Source of the DNA: the human T2T-CHM13v2.0 reference genome, Homo sapiens
DNA length: 64,000 nt
Strand: one strand, 5' to 3'
Assembly (NCBI RefSeq): GCF_009914755.1
Contig: NC_060942.1
Shown here: positions 23,633 to 36,516 of the stretch, in pieces
Position numbering within the stretch: the stretch's first letter is position 1
Layout of the letters: each line of letters starts with the position of its first letter
Notes under the pieces: model-generated
Seen by the model: only the letters and a program-made list of their open reading frames with translations
Told to the model about the DNA's origin: nothing
The model's database searches: none
Program-made: the position numbers and the translations under genes

Positions 23633-26600
23633 CATTCTCAGAAACTTACTCGTGATGTGTGTCCTCCACTAAATGAGTAGAACCTTTCTTTTCATAGAGA
23701 AGTTTTGAAACGCTCTTTTTGTAGAATCTGCAAGAGGATATTTGCATAGCTTTGAGGATTTCGTGGGAAACGGGATTGTCTTCAGGTAAAATCTAGACAG
23801 AAGCATTCTGAGAAACTTCTTTGGGATGTTTGCATTCAAGTCACAGAGTAGAACATTCCCTTTGGTAGAGCAGGTTTGAAACACTCTTTTTGTATTATCT
23901 GGAAGTGGACATTTGGAGCGCTTTCAGGCCTATGTTGGAAAGGGAAATATCTTCCCGTAACAACTAGGCAGAAGCATTCTCAGAAACTTATTTGAGATGT
24001 GTGTACTCAACTAAGAGAATTGAATCACCGTTTTGAAGGAGCAGTTTTGAAACACTCTTTTTCTGGAATCTGCAAGAGGATATTTGCCTAGCCTTGAGGA
24101 TTTCGTTGGAAACGGGATTGTCTTTAGATCAAATCTAGACAGAAGCATTCTCAGAAACTTCTTTGGGATGTTTGCATTCAAGTCACAGAGTAGAACATTC
24201 CCTTTGGTAGAGCAGGTTTGAAACACTCTTTTTTTAGTATATGGAAGTGGACATTTGGAGCGCTTTCAGGCCTACGTTGGAAAAGGATATATCTTCCCAT
24301 AACAACTAGACAGAAGCATTCTCAGAAACTAGTTTCTGATGTGTTTCCTCAACTAACACAGTTGAACATTTCTTTAGACAGAACAGTTTTGAAACACTCT
24401 TTTTGTGGAATCTGCAAGTGGCTATTTGGCTAGATTTGAGGATTTCGTTGGAAACGGGATTACATATAAAAAGCAGACAGCAGCATTCTCAGAAAGTTCT
24501 TTGTGATGATTGCATTCAAGTCACAGAATTGAACATTCCCTTTCACAGAGCAGGTTTGAAACTCTCTTTTTGTAGTGTGTGTAAGTGGACATTTGGAGCA
24601 CTTTCTGGCCTAAGGTGAAGAAGGGAATATCTTCCCATAAAAACTAGACAGAAGCATTCTCAGAAACTTACTCGTGATGTGTGTCCTCAACTAAAGGAGT
24701 AGAACCTTTGTTTTCATAGAGAAGTTTTGAAACGCTCTTTTTGTGGAATCTGCAAGTGGATATTTGGCTAGTTTTGAGGATTTCGTTGGAAGCGGGAATT
24801 CATACAAATTGCAGACTGCAGCGTTCTGAGAAACATCTTTGTGATGTTTGTATTCAGGACACTGAGTTGAACATTCCCTATCATAGAGCAGGTTTGAATC
24901 ACTCCTTTTGTAGTATCTGGAAGTGGACATTTGGAGCGCTTTCAGGCCTATGTTGGAAAAGGAAATATCTTCCCATAACAACTAGACAGAAGCATTCTCA
25001 GAAACTTATTTGAGATGTGTGTACTCAACTAAGAGAATTGAACCACCGTTTTGAAGGAGCAGTTTTGAAACACTCTTTTTCTGGAATCTGCAAGTGGATA
25101 TTTGGCTAGCTTTGGGGATTTCGCTGGAAGCGGGAATACATATAAAAAGCACACAGCAGCGTTCTGAGAAACTGCTTTCTGATGTTTGCATTCAAGTCAA
25201 AAGTTGAACACTCCCTTTCATAGAGCAGTCCTGAAACACTCCTTTTGTAGTATCTGGAACTGGACTTTTGGAGCGCTTTCAGGGCTAAGGTGAAAAAGGA
25301 AATATCTTCCCATAAAAACTGGACAGAAGCATTCTCAGAAACTTGTTTATGCTGTATCTACTCAACTAACAAAGTTGAACCTTTCTTTTGATAGAGCAGT
25401 TTTGAAATGCTCTTTTTGTGGAATCTGCAAGTGGATATTTGGCTAGTTTTGAGGATTTCGTTGGAAGCGGGAATTCATACAAATTGCAGACTGCAGCGTT
25501 CTGAGAAACATCTTTGTGATGTTTGTATTCAGGACAGAGAGTTGAACATTCCCTATCATAGAGCAGGTTGGAATCACTCCTTTTGTAGTATCTGGAAGTG
25601 GACATTTGGAGCGCTTTCAGGCCTATGTTGAAAAAGGAAATATCTTCCCATAACAACTAGACACAAGCATTCTCAGAAACTTGTTTGTGATGTGTGCCCT
25701 CTACTGACAGAGTTGAACCTTTCTTTTCATAGAGCAGTTTTGAAACACTCTTTTTGTAGAATCTGCAAGAGGATATTTGCATAGCTTTGAGGATTTCGTG
25801 GGAAACGGGATTGTCTTCAGGTAAAATCTAGACAGAAGCATTCTCAGAAACTTCTTTGGGATGTTTGCATTCAAGTCACAGAGTAGAACATTCCCTTTGG
25901 TAGAGCAGGTTTGAAACACTCTTTTTATAGTATCTGGAAGTGGACATTTGGAGCGCTTTCAGGCCTATGTTGGAAAGGGAAATATCTTCCCGTAACAACT
26001 AGGCAGAAGCATTCTCAGAAACTTATTGGAGATGTGTGTACTCAACTAAGAGAATTGAACCACCGTTTTGAAGGAGCAGTTTTGAAACACTCTTTTTCTG
26101 GAATCTGCAAGAGGATATTTGCCTAGCTTTGAGGATTTCGTTGGAAACGGGATTGTCTTCAGATCAAATCTAGACTGAAGCATTCTCAGAAACTTCTTTG
26201 GGATGTTTGCATTCAAGTCACAGAGTAGAACATTCCCTTTGGTAGAGCAGGTTTGAAACACTCTTTTTTTAGTATATGGAAGTGGACATTTGGAGCGCTT
26301 TCAGGCCTACGTTGGAAAAGGAAATATCTTCCCATAACAATTAGACAGAAGCATTCTCAGAAACTAGTTTCTGATGTGTGTCCTCAACTAACACAGTTGA
26401 ACATTTCTTTAGACAGAACAGTTTTGAAACTCTCTTTTTGTGGAATCTGCAAGTGGCTATTTGGCTAGATTTGAGGATTTCGTTGGAAACGGGATTACAT
26501 ATAAAAAGCAGACAGCAGCATTCTCAGAACGTTCTTTGTGATGATTGCATTCAAGTCACAGAATTGAACATTCCCTTTCACAGAGCAGTTTTGAAACACT

Positions 26601-27531
26601 CTTTTTGTAGTGTGTGTAAGTGGACATTTGGAGCACTTTCCGGCCTAAGGTGAAAAAGGAAATATCTTCCCATAAAAACTAGACAGAAGCATTCTCAGAA
26701 ACTTACTCGTGATGTGTGTCCTCAACTAAAGGAGTAGAACCTTTCTTTTCATAGAGAAGTTTTGAAACGCTCTTTTTGTGGAATCTGCAAGTGGATATTT
26801 GGCTAGTTTTGAGGATTTCGTTGGAAGCGGGAATTCATACAAATTGCAGACTGCAGCGTTCTGAGAAACATCTTTGTGATGTTTGTATTCAGGACACAGA
26901 GTTGAACATTCCCTATCATAGAGCAGGTTTGAATCACTCCTTTTGTAGTATCTGGAAGTGGACATTTGGAGCGCTTTCAGGCCTATGTTGGAAAAGGAAA
27001 TATCTTCCCATAACAACTAGACAGAAGCATTCTCAGAAACTTATTTGAGATGTGTGTACTCAACTAAGAGAATTGAACCACCGTTTTGAAGGAGCAGTTT
27101 TGAAACACTCTTTTTCTGGAATCTGCAAGTGGATATTTGGCTAGCTTTGGGGATTTCGCTGGAAGCGGGAATACATATAAAAAGCACACAGCAGCGTTCT
27201 GAGAAACTGCTTTCTGATGTTTGCATTCAAGTCAAAAGTTGAACACTCCCTTTCATAGTGCAGTCCTGAAACACTCCTTTTGTAGTATCTGGAACTGGAC
27301 TTTTGGAGCGCTTTCAGGGCTAAGGTGAAAAAGGAAATATCTTCCCATAAAAACTGGACAGAAGCATTCTCAGAAACTTGTTTATGCTGTATCTACTCAA
27401 CTAACAAAGTTGAACCTTTCTTTTGATAGAGCAGTTTTGAAATGCTCTTTTTGTGGAATCTGCAAGTGGATATTTGGCTAGTTTTGAGGATTTCGTTGGA
27501 AGCGGGAATTCATACAAATTGCAGACTGCAG

Positions 27532-27873
27532 CGTTCTGAGAAACATCTTTGTGATGTTTGTATTCAGGACAGAGAGTTGAACATTCCCTATCATAGAGCA
27601 GGTTGGAATCACTCCTTTTGTAGTATCTGGAAGTGGACATTTGGAGCACTTTCCGGCCTAAGGTGAAAAAGGAAATATCTTCCCATAAAAACTAGACAGA
27701 AGCATTCTGAGAAACTTACTCGTGATGTGTGTCCTCCACTAAATGAGTAGAACCTTTCTTTTCATAGAGAAGTTTTGAAACGCTCTTTTTGTAGAATCTG
27801 CAAGAGGATATTTGCATAGCTTTGAGGATTTCGTGGGAAACGGGATTGTCTTCAGGTAAAATCTAGACAGAAG
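27532..27873 (+). repeat. Hybrid monomer pair M12/6 + M7/1 inside a length-neutral 12-mer
   Basis: M12 switches to M6-type GGAGCACTTTCCGGCCTAAGGTG near 27648. The next monomer (27703) is the M7/1 hybrid. The period remains 2035. Confidence 0.9.
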
Positions 27874-30800
27874 CATTCTCAGAAACTTCTTTGGGATGTT
27901 TGCATTCAAGTCACAGAGTAGAACATTCCCTTTGGTAGAGTAGGTTTGAAACACTCTTTTTGTATTATCTGGAAGTGGACATTTGGAGCGCTTTCAGGCC
28001 TATGTTGGAAAGGGAAATATCTTCCCGTAACAACTAGGCAGAAGCATTCTCAGAAACTTATTTGAGATGTGTGTACTCAACTAAGAGAATTGAATCACCG
28101 TTTTGAAGGAGCAGTTTTGAAACACTCTTTTTCTGGAATCTGCAAGAGGATATTTGCCTAGCCTTGAGGATTTCGTTGGAAACGGGATTGTCTTCAGATC
28201 AAATCTAGACAGAAGCATTCTCAGAAACTTCTTTGGGATGTTTGCATTCAAGTCACAGAGTAGAACATTCCCTTTGGTAGAGCAGGTTTGAAACACTCTT
28301 TTTTTAGTATATGGAAGTGGACATTTGGAGCGCTTTCAGGCCTACGTTGGAAAAGGAAATATCTTCCCATAACAACTAGACAGAAGCATTCTCAGAAACT
28401 AGTTTCTGATGTGTGTCCTCAACTAACACAGTTGAACATTTCTTTAGACAGAACAGTTTTGAAACACTCTTTTTGTGGAATCTGCAAGTGGCTATTTGGC
28501 TAGATTTGAGGATTTCGTTGGAAACGGGATTACATATAAAAAGCAGACAGCAGCATTCTCAGAAAGTTCTTTGTGATGATTGCATTCAAGTCACAGAATT
28601 GAACATTCCCTTTCACAGAGCAGGTTTGAAACACTCTTTTTGTAGTGTGTGTAAGTGGACATTTGGAGCACTTTCCGGCCTAAGGTGAAAAAGGGAATAT
28701 CTTCCCATAAAAACTAGACAGAAGCATTCTCAGAAACTTACTCGTGATGTGTGTCCTCAACTAAAGGAGTAGAACCTTTGTTTTCATAGAGAAGTTTTTA
28801 AACGCTCTTTTTGTGGAATCTGCAAATGGATATTTGGCTAGTTTGGAGGATTTCGTTGGAAGCGGGAATTCATACAAATTGCAGACTGCAGCGTTCTGAG
28901 AAACATCTTTGTGATGTTTGTATTCAGGACACAGAGTTGAACATTCCCTATCATAGAGCAGGTTGGAATCACTCCTTTTGTAGTATCTGGAAGTGGACCT
29001 TTGGAGCGCTTTCAGGCCTATGTTGGAAAAGGAAATATCTTCCCATAACAACTAGACAGAAGCATTCTCAGAAACTTATTTGAGATGTGTGTACTCAACT
29101 AAGAGAATTGAACCACCGTTTTGAAGGAGCAGTTTTGAAACACTCTTTTTCTGGAATCTGCAAGTGGATATTTGGCTAGCTTTGGGGATTTCGCTGGAAG
29201 CGGGAATACATATAAAAAGCACACAGCAGCGTTCTGAGAAACTGCTTTCTGATGTTTGCATTCAAGTCAAAAGTTGAACACTCCCTTTCATAGTGCAGTC
29301 CTGAACCACTCCTTTTGTAGTATCTGGAACTGGACTTTTGGAGCGCTTTCAGGGCTAAGATGAAAAAGGAAATATCTTCCCATAAAAACTGGACAGAAGC
29401 ATTCTCAGAAACTTGTTTATGCTGTATCTACTCAACTAACAAAGTTGAACCTTTCTTTTGATAGAGCAGTTTTGAAATGCTCTTTTTGTGGAATCTGCAA
29501 GTGGATATTTGGCTAGTTTTGAGGATTTCGTTGGAAGCGGGAATTCATACAAATTGCAGACTGCAGCGTTCTGAGAAACATCTTTGTGATGTTTGTATTC
29601 AGGACAGAGAGTTGAACATTCCCTATCATAGAGCAGGTTGGAATCACTCCTTTTGTAGTATCTGGAAGTGGACATTTGGAGCGCTTTCAGGCCTATGTTG
29701 AAAAAGGAAATATCTTCCCATAACAACTAGACACAAGCATTCTCAGAAACTTGTTTGTGATGTGTGCCCTCTACTGACAGAGTTGAACCTTTCTTTTCAT
29801 AGAGCAGTTTTGAAACACTCTTTTTGTAGAATCTGCAAGAGGATATTTGCATAGCTTTGAGGATTTCGTGGGAAACGGGATTGTCTTCAGGTAAAATCTA
29901 GACAGAAGCATTCTCAGAAACTTCTTTGGGATGTTTGCATTCAAGTCACAGAGTAGAACATTCCCTTTGGTAGAGCAGGTTTGAAACACTCTTTTTGTAG
30001 TATCTGGAAGTGGACATTTGGAGCGCTTTCAGGCCTATGTTGGAAAGGGAAATATCTTCCCGTAACAACTAGGCAGAAGCATTCTCAGAAACTTATTTGA
30101 GATGTGTGTACTCAACTAAGAGAATTGAACCACCGTTTTGAAGGAGCAGTTTTGAAACACTCTTTTTCTGGAATCTGCAAGAGGATATTTGCCTAGCCTT
30201 GAGGATTTCGTTGGAAACCGGATTGTCTTCAGATCAAATCTAGACAGAAGCATTCTCAGAAACTTCTTTGAGATGTTTGCATTCAAGTCACAGAGTAGAA
30301 CATTCCCTTTGGTAGAGCAGGTTTGAAACACTCTTTTTTTAGTATATGGAAGTGGACATTTGGAGCGCTTTCAGGCCTACGTTGGAAAAGGAAATATCTT
30401 CCCATAACAACTAGACAGAAGCATTCTCAGAAACTAGTTTCTGATGTGTGTCCTCAACTAACACAGTTGAACATTTCTTTAGACAGAACAGTTTTGAAAC
30501 TCTCTTTTTGTGGAATCTGCAAGTGGCTATTTGGCTTGATTTGAGGATTTCGTTGGAAACGGGATTACATATAAAAAGCAGACAGCAGCATTCTCAGAAA
30601 GTTCTTTGTGATGATTGCATTCAAGTCACAGAATTGAACATTCCCTTTCACAGAGCAGGTTTGAAACACTCTTTTTATAGTGTGTGTAAGTGGACATTTG
30701 GAGCACTTTCCGGCCTAAGGTGAAAAAGGAAATATCTTCCCATAAAAACTAGACAGAAGCATTCTCAGAAACTTACTCGTGATGTGTGTCCTCAACTAAA

Positions 30801-33800
30801 GGAGTAGAACCTTTCTTTTCATAGAGAAGTTTTGAAACGCTCTTTTTGTGGAATCTGCAAGTGGATATTTGGCTAGTTTGGAGGATTTCGTTGGAAGCGG
30901 GAATTCATACAAATTGCAGACTGCAGCGTTCTGAGAAACATCTTTGTGATGTTTGTATTCAGGACACAGAGTTGAACATTCCCTATCATAGAGCAGGTTT
31001 GAATCACTCCTTTTGTAGTATCTGGAAGTGGACATTTGGAGCGCTTTCAGGCCTATGTTGGAAAAGGAAATATCTTCCCATAACAACTAGACAGAAGCAT
31101 TCTCAGAAACTTATTTGAGATGTGTGTACTCAACTAAGAGAATTGAACCACCGTTTTGAAGGAGCAGTTTTGAAACACTCTTTTTCTGGAATCTGCAAGT
31201 GGATATTTGGCTAGATTTGGGGATTTCGCTGGAAGCGGGAATACATATAAAAAGCACACAGCAGCGTTCTGAGAAACTGCTTTCTGATGTTTGCATTCAA
31301 GTCAAAAGTTGAACACTCCCTTTCATAGAGCAGTCCTGAAACACTCCTTTTGTAGTATCTGGAACTGGACTTTTGGAGCGCTTTCAGGGCTAAGGTGAAA
31401 AAGGAAATATCTTCCCATAAAAACTGGACAGAAGCATTCTCAGAAACTTGTTTATGCTGTATCTACTCAACTAACAAAGTTGAACCTTTCTTTTGATAGA
31501 GCAGTTTTGAAATGCTCTTTTTGTGGAATCTGCAAGTGGATATTTGGCTAGTTTTGAGGATTTCGTTGGAAGCGGGAATTCATACAAATTGCAGACTGCA
31601 GCGTTCTGAGAAACATCTTTGTGATGTTTGTATTCAGGACACAGAGTTGAACATTCCCTATCATAGAGCAGGTTGGAATCACTCCTTTTGTAGTATCTGG
31701 AAGTGGACATTTGGAGCGCTTTCTGGCCTATGTTGAAAAAGGAAATATCTTCCCATAACAACTAGACACAAGCATTCTCAGAAACTTGTTTGTGATGTGT
31801 GCCCTCTACTGACAGAGTTGAACCTTTCTTTTCATAGAGCAGTTTTGAAACACTCTTTTTGTAGAATCTGCAAGAGGATATTTGCATAGCTTTGAGGATT
31901 TCGTGGGAAACGGGATTGTCTTCAGGTAAAATCTAGACAGAAGCATTCTCAGAAACTTCTTTGGGATGTTTGCATTCAAGTCACAGAGTAGAACATTCCC
32001 TTTGGTAGAGCAGGTTTGAAACACTCTTTTTGTAGTATCTGGAAGTGGACATTTGGAGCGCTTTCAGGCCTATGTTGGAAAGGGAAATATCTTCCCGTAA
32101 CAACTAGGCAGAAGCATTCTCAGAAACTTATTTGAGATGTGTGTACTCAACTAAGAGAATTGAATCACCGTTTTGAAGGAGCAGTTTTGAAACACTCTTT
32201 TTCTGGAATCTGCAAGAGGATATTTGCCTAGCCTTGAGGATTTCGTTGGAAACGGGATTGTCTTCAGATCAAATCTAGACAGAAGCATTCTCAGAAACTT
32301 CTTTGGGATGTTTGCATTCAAGTCACAGAGTAGAACATTCCCTTTGGTAGAGCAGGTTTGAAACACTCTTTTTTTAGTATATGGAAGTGGACATTTGGAG
32401 CGCTTTCAGGCCTACGTTGGAAAAGGAAATATCTTCCCATAACAACTAAACAGAAGCATTCTCAGAAACTAGTTTCTGATGTGTGTCCTCAACTAACACA
32501 GTTGAACATTTCTTTAGACAGAACAGTTTTGAAACACTCTTTTTGTGGAATCTGCAAGTGGCTATTTGGCTAGATTTGAGGATTTCGTTGGAAACGGGAT
32601 TACATATAAAAAGCAGACAGCAGCATTCTCAGAAAGTTCTTTGTGATGATTGCATTCAAGTCACAGAATTGAACATTCCCTTTCACAGAGCAGGTTTGAA
32701 ACACTCTTTTTGTAGTGTGTGTAAGTGGACATTTGGAGCACTTTCCGGCCTAAGGTGAAAAAGGAAATATCTTCCCATAAAAACTAGACAGAAGCATTCT
32801 CAGAAACTTACTCGTGATGTGTGTCCTCAACTAAAGGAGTAGAACCTTTCTTTTCATAGAGAAGTTTTGAAACGCTCTTTTTGTGGAATCTGCAAGTGGA
32901 TATTTGGCTAGTTTGGAGGATTTCGTTGGAAGCGGGAATTCATACAAATTGCAGACTGCAGCGTTCTGAGAAACATCTTTGTGATGTTTGTATTCAGGAC
33001 ACAGAGTTGAACATTCCCTATCATAGAGCAGGTTGGAATCACTCCTTTTGTAGTATCTGGAAGTGGACATTTGGAGCGCTTTCAGGCCTATGTTGGAAAA
33101 GGAAATATCTTCCCATAACAACTAGACAGAAGCATTCTCAGAAACTTATTTGAGATGTGTGTACTCAACTAAGAGAATTGAACCACCGTTTTGAAGGAGC
33201 AGTTTTGAAACACTCTTTTTCTGGAATCTGCAAGTGGATATTTGGCTAGCTTTGGGGATTTCGCTGGAGGCGGGAATACATATAAAAAGCACACAGCAGC
33301 GTTCTGAGAAACTGCTTTCTGATGTTTGCATTCAAGTCAAAAGTTGAACACTCCCTTTCATAGAGCAGTCCTGAAACACTCCTTTTGTAGTATCTGGAAC
33401 TGGACTTTTGGAGCGCTTTCAGGGCTAAGGTGAAAAAGGAAATATCTTCCCATAAAAACTGGACAGAAGCATTCTCAGAAACTTGTTTATGCTGTATCTA
33501 CTCAACTAACAAAGTTGAACCTTTCTTTTGATAGAGCAGTTTTGAAATGCTCTTTTTGTGGAATCTGCAAGTGGATATTTGGCTAGTTTTGAGGATTTCG
33601 TTGGAAGCGGGAATTCATACAAATTGCAGACTGCAGCGTTCTGAGAAACATCTTTGTGATGTTTGTATTCAGGACAGAGAGTTGAACATTCCCTATCATA
33701 GAGCAGGTTGGAATCACTCCTTTTGTAGTATCTGGAAGTGGACATTTGGAGCGCTTTCTGGCCTATGTTGAAAAAGGAAATATCTTCCCATAACAACTAG

Positions 33801-33807
33801 ACACAAG

Positions 33808-36516
33808 CATTCTCAGAAACTTGTTTGTGATGTGTGCCCTCTACTGACAGAGTTGAACCTTTCTTTTCATAGAGCAGTTTTGAAACACTCTTTTTGTAGA
33901 ATCTGCAAGAGGATATTTGCATAGCTTTGAGGATTTCGTGGGAAACGGGATTGTCTTCAGGTAAAATCTAGACAGAAGCATTCTCAGAAACTTCTTTGGG
34001 ATGTTTGCATTCAAGTCACAGAGTAGAACATTCCCTTTGGTAGAGCAGGTTTGAAACACTCTTTTTGTAGTATCTGGAAGTGGACATTTGGAGCGCTTTC
34101 AGGCCCATGTTGGAAAGGGAAATATCTTCCCGTAACAACTAGGCAGAAGCATTCTCAGAAACTTATTTGAGATGTGTGTACTCAACTAAGAGAATTGAAC
34201 CACCGTTTTGAAGGAGCAGTTTTGAAACACTCTTTTTCTGGAATCTGCAAGAGGATATTTGCCTAGCTTTGAGGATTTCGTTGGAAACGGGATTGTGTTC
34301 AGATCAAATCTAGACAGAAGCATTCTCAGAAACTTCTTTGGGATGTTTGCATTCAAGTCACAGAGTAGAACATTCCCTTTGGTAGAGCAGGTGTGAAACA
34401 CTCTTTTTTTAGTATATGGAAGTGGACATTTGGAGCGCTTTCAGGCCTACGTTGGAAAAGGAAATATCTTCCCATAACAACTAGACAGAAGCATTCTCAG
34501 AAACTAGTTTCTGATGTGTGTCCTCAACTAACACAGTTGAACATTTCTTTAGACAGAACAGTTTTGAAACTCTCTTTTTGTGGAATCTGCAAGTGGCTAT
34601 TTGGCTAGATTTGAGGATTTCGTTGGAAACGGGATTACATATAAAAAGCAGACAGCAGCATTCTCAGAAAGTTCTTTGTGATGATTGCATTCAAGTCACA
34701 GAATTGAACATTCCCTTTCACAGAGCAGGTTTGAAACACTCTTTTTGTAGTGTGTGTAAGTGGACATTTGGAGCACTTTCCGGCCTAAGGTGAGAAAGGA
34801 AATATCTTCCCATAAAAACTAGACAGAAGCATTCTCAGAAACTTACTCGTGATGTGTGTCCTCAACTAAAGGAGTAGAACCTTTCTTTCGTAGAGAAGTT
34901 TTGAAACGCTCTTTTTGTGGAATCTGCAAGTGGATATTTGGCTAGTTTGGAGGATTTCGTTGGAAGCGGGAATTCATACAAATTGCAGACTGCAGCGTTC
35001 TGAGAAACATCTTTGTGATGTTTGTATTCAGGACACAGAGTTGAACATTCCCTATCATAGAGCAGGTTGGAATCACTCCTTTTGTAGTATCTGGAAGTGG
35101 ACATTTGGAGCGCTTTCAGGCCTATGTTGGAAAAGGAAATATCTTCCCATAACAACTAGACAGAAGCATTCTCAGAAACTTATTTGAGATGTGTGTACTC
35201 AACTAAGAGAATTGAACCACCGTTTTGAAGGAGCAGTTTTGAAACACTCTTTTTCTGGAATCTGCAAGTGGATATTTGGCTAGCTTTGGGGATTTCGCTG
35301 GAGGCGGGAATACATATAAAAAGCACACAGCAGCGTTCTGAGAAACTGCTTTCTGATGTTTGCATTCAAGTCAAAAGTTGAACACTCCCTTTCATAGAGC
35401 AGTCCTGAAACACTACTTTTGTAGTATCTGGAACTGGACTTTTGGAGCGCATTCAGGGCTAAGGTGAAAAAGGAAATATCTTCCCATAAAAACTGGACAG
35501 AAGCATTCTCAGAAACTTGTTTATGCTGTATCTACTCAACTAACAAAGTTGAACCTTTCTTTTGATAGAGCAGTTTTGAAATGCTCTTTTTGTGGAATCT
35601 GCAAGTGGATATTTGGCTAGTTTTGAGGATTTCGTTGGAAGCGGGAATTCATACAAATTGCAGACTGCAGCGTTCTGAGAAACATCTTTGTGATGTTTGT
35701 ATTCAGGACAGAGAGTTGAACATTCCCTATCATAGAGCAGGTTTGAATCACTCCTTTTGTAGTATCTGGAAGTGGACATTTGGAGCGCTTTCAGGCCTAT
35801 GTTGGAAAAGGAAATATCTTCCCATAACAACTAGACAGAAGCATTCTCAGAAACTTATTTGAGATGTGTGTACTCAACTAAGAGAATTGAACCACCGTTT
35901 TGAAGGAGCAGTTTTGAAACACTCTTTTTCTGGAATCTGCAAGTGGATATTTGGCTAGCTTTGGGGATTTCGCTGGAAGCGGGAATACATATAAAAAGCA
36001 CACAGCAGCGTTCTGAGAAACTGCTTTCTGATGTTTGCATTCAAGTCAAAAGTTGAACACTCCCTTTCATAGTGCAGTCCTGAAACACTCCTTTTGTAGT
36101 ATCTGGAACTGGACTTTTGGAGCGCTTTCAGGGCTAAGGTGAAAAAGGAAATATCTTCCCATAAAAACTGGACAGAAGCATTCTCAGAAACTTGTTTATG
36201 CTGTATCTACTCAACTAACAAAGTTGAACCTTTCTTTTGATAGAGCAGTTTTGAAATGCTCTTTTTGTGGAATCTGCAAGTGGATATTTGGCTAGTTTTG
36301 AGGATTTCGTTGGAAGCGGGAATTCATACAAATTGCAGACTGCAGCGTTCTGAGAAACATCTTTGTGATGTTTGTATTCAGGACAGAGAGTTGAACATTC
36401 CCTATCATAGAGCAGGTTGGAATCACTCCTTTTGTAGTATCTGGAAGTGGACATTTGGAGCGCTTTCAGGCCTATGTTGAAAAAGGAAATATCTTCCCAT
36501 AACAACTAGACACAAG
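33808..36516 (+). repeat. 16-mer HOR variant type B (M1-11, M12/8 hybrid, M9-12)
   Basis: 2709 bp. M9 at 35167 and 35842; the MQTSESS ORF occurs at both 35180 and 35855. Confidence 0.93.
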
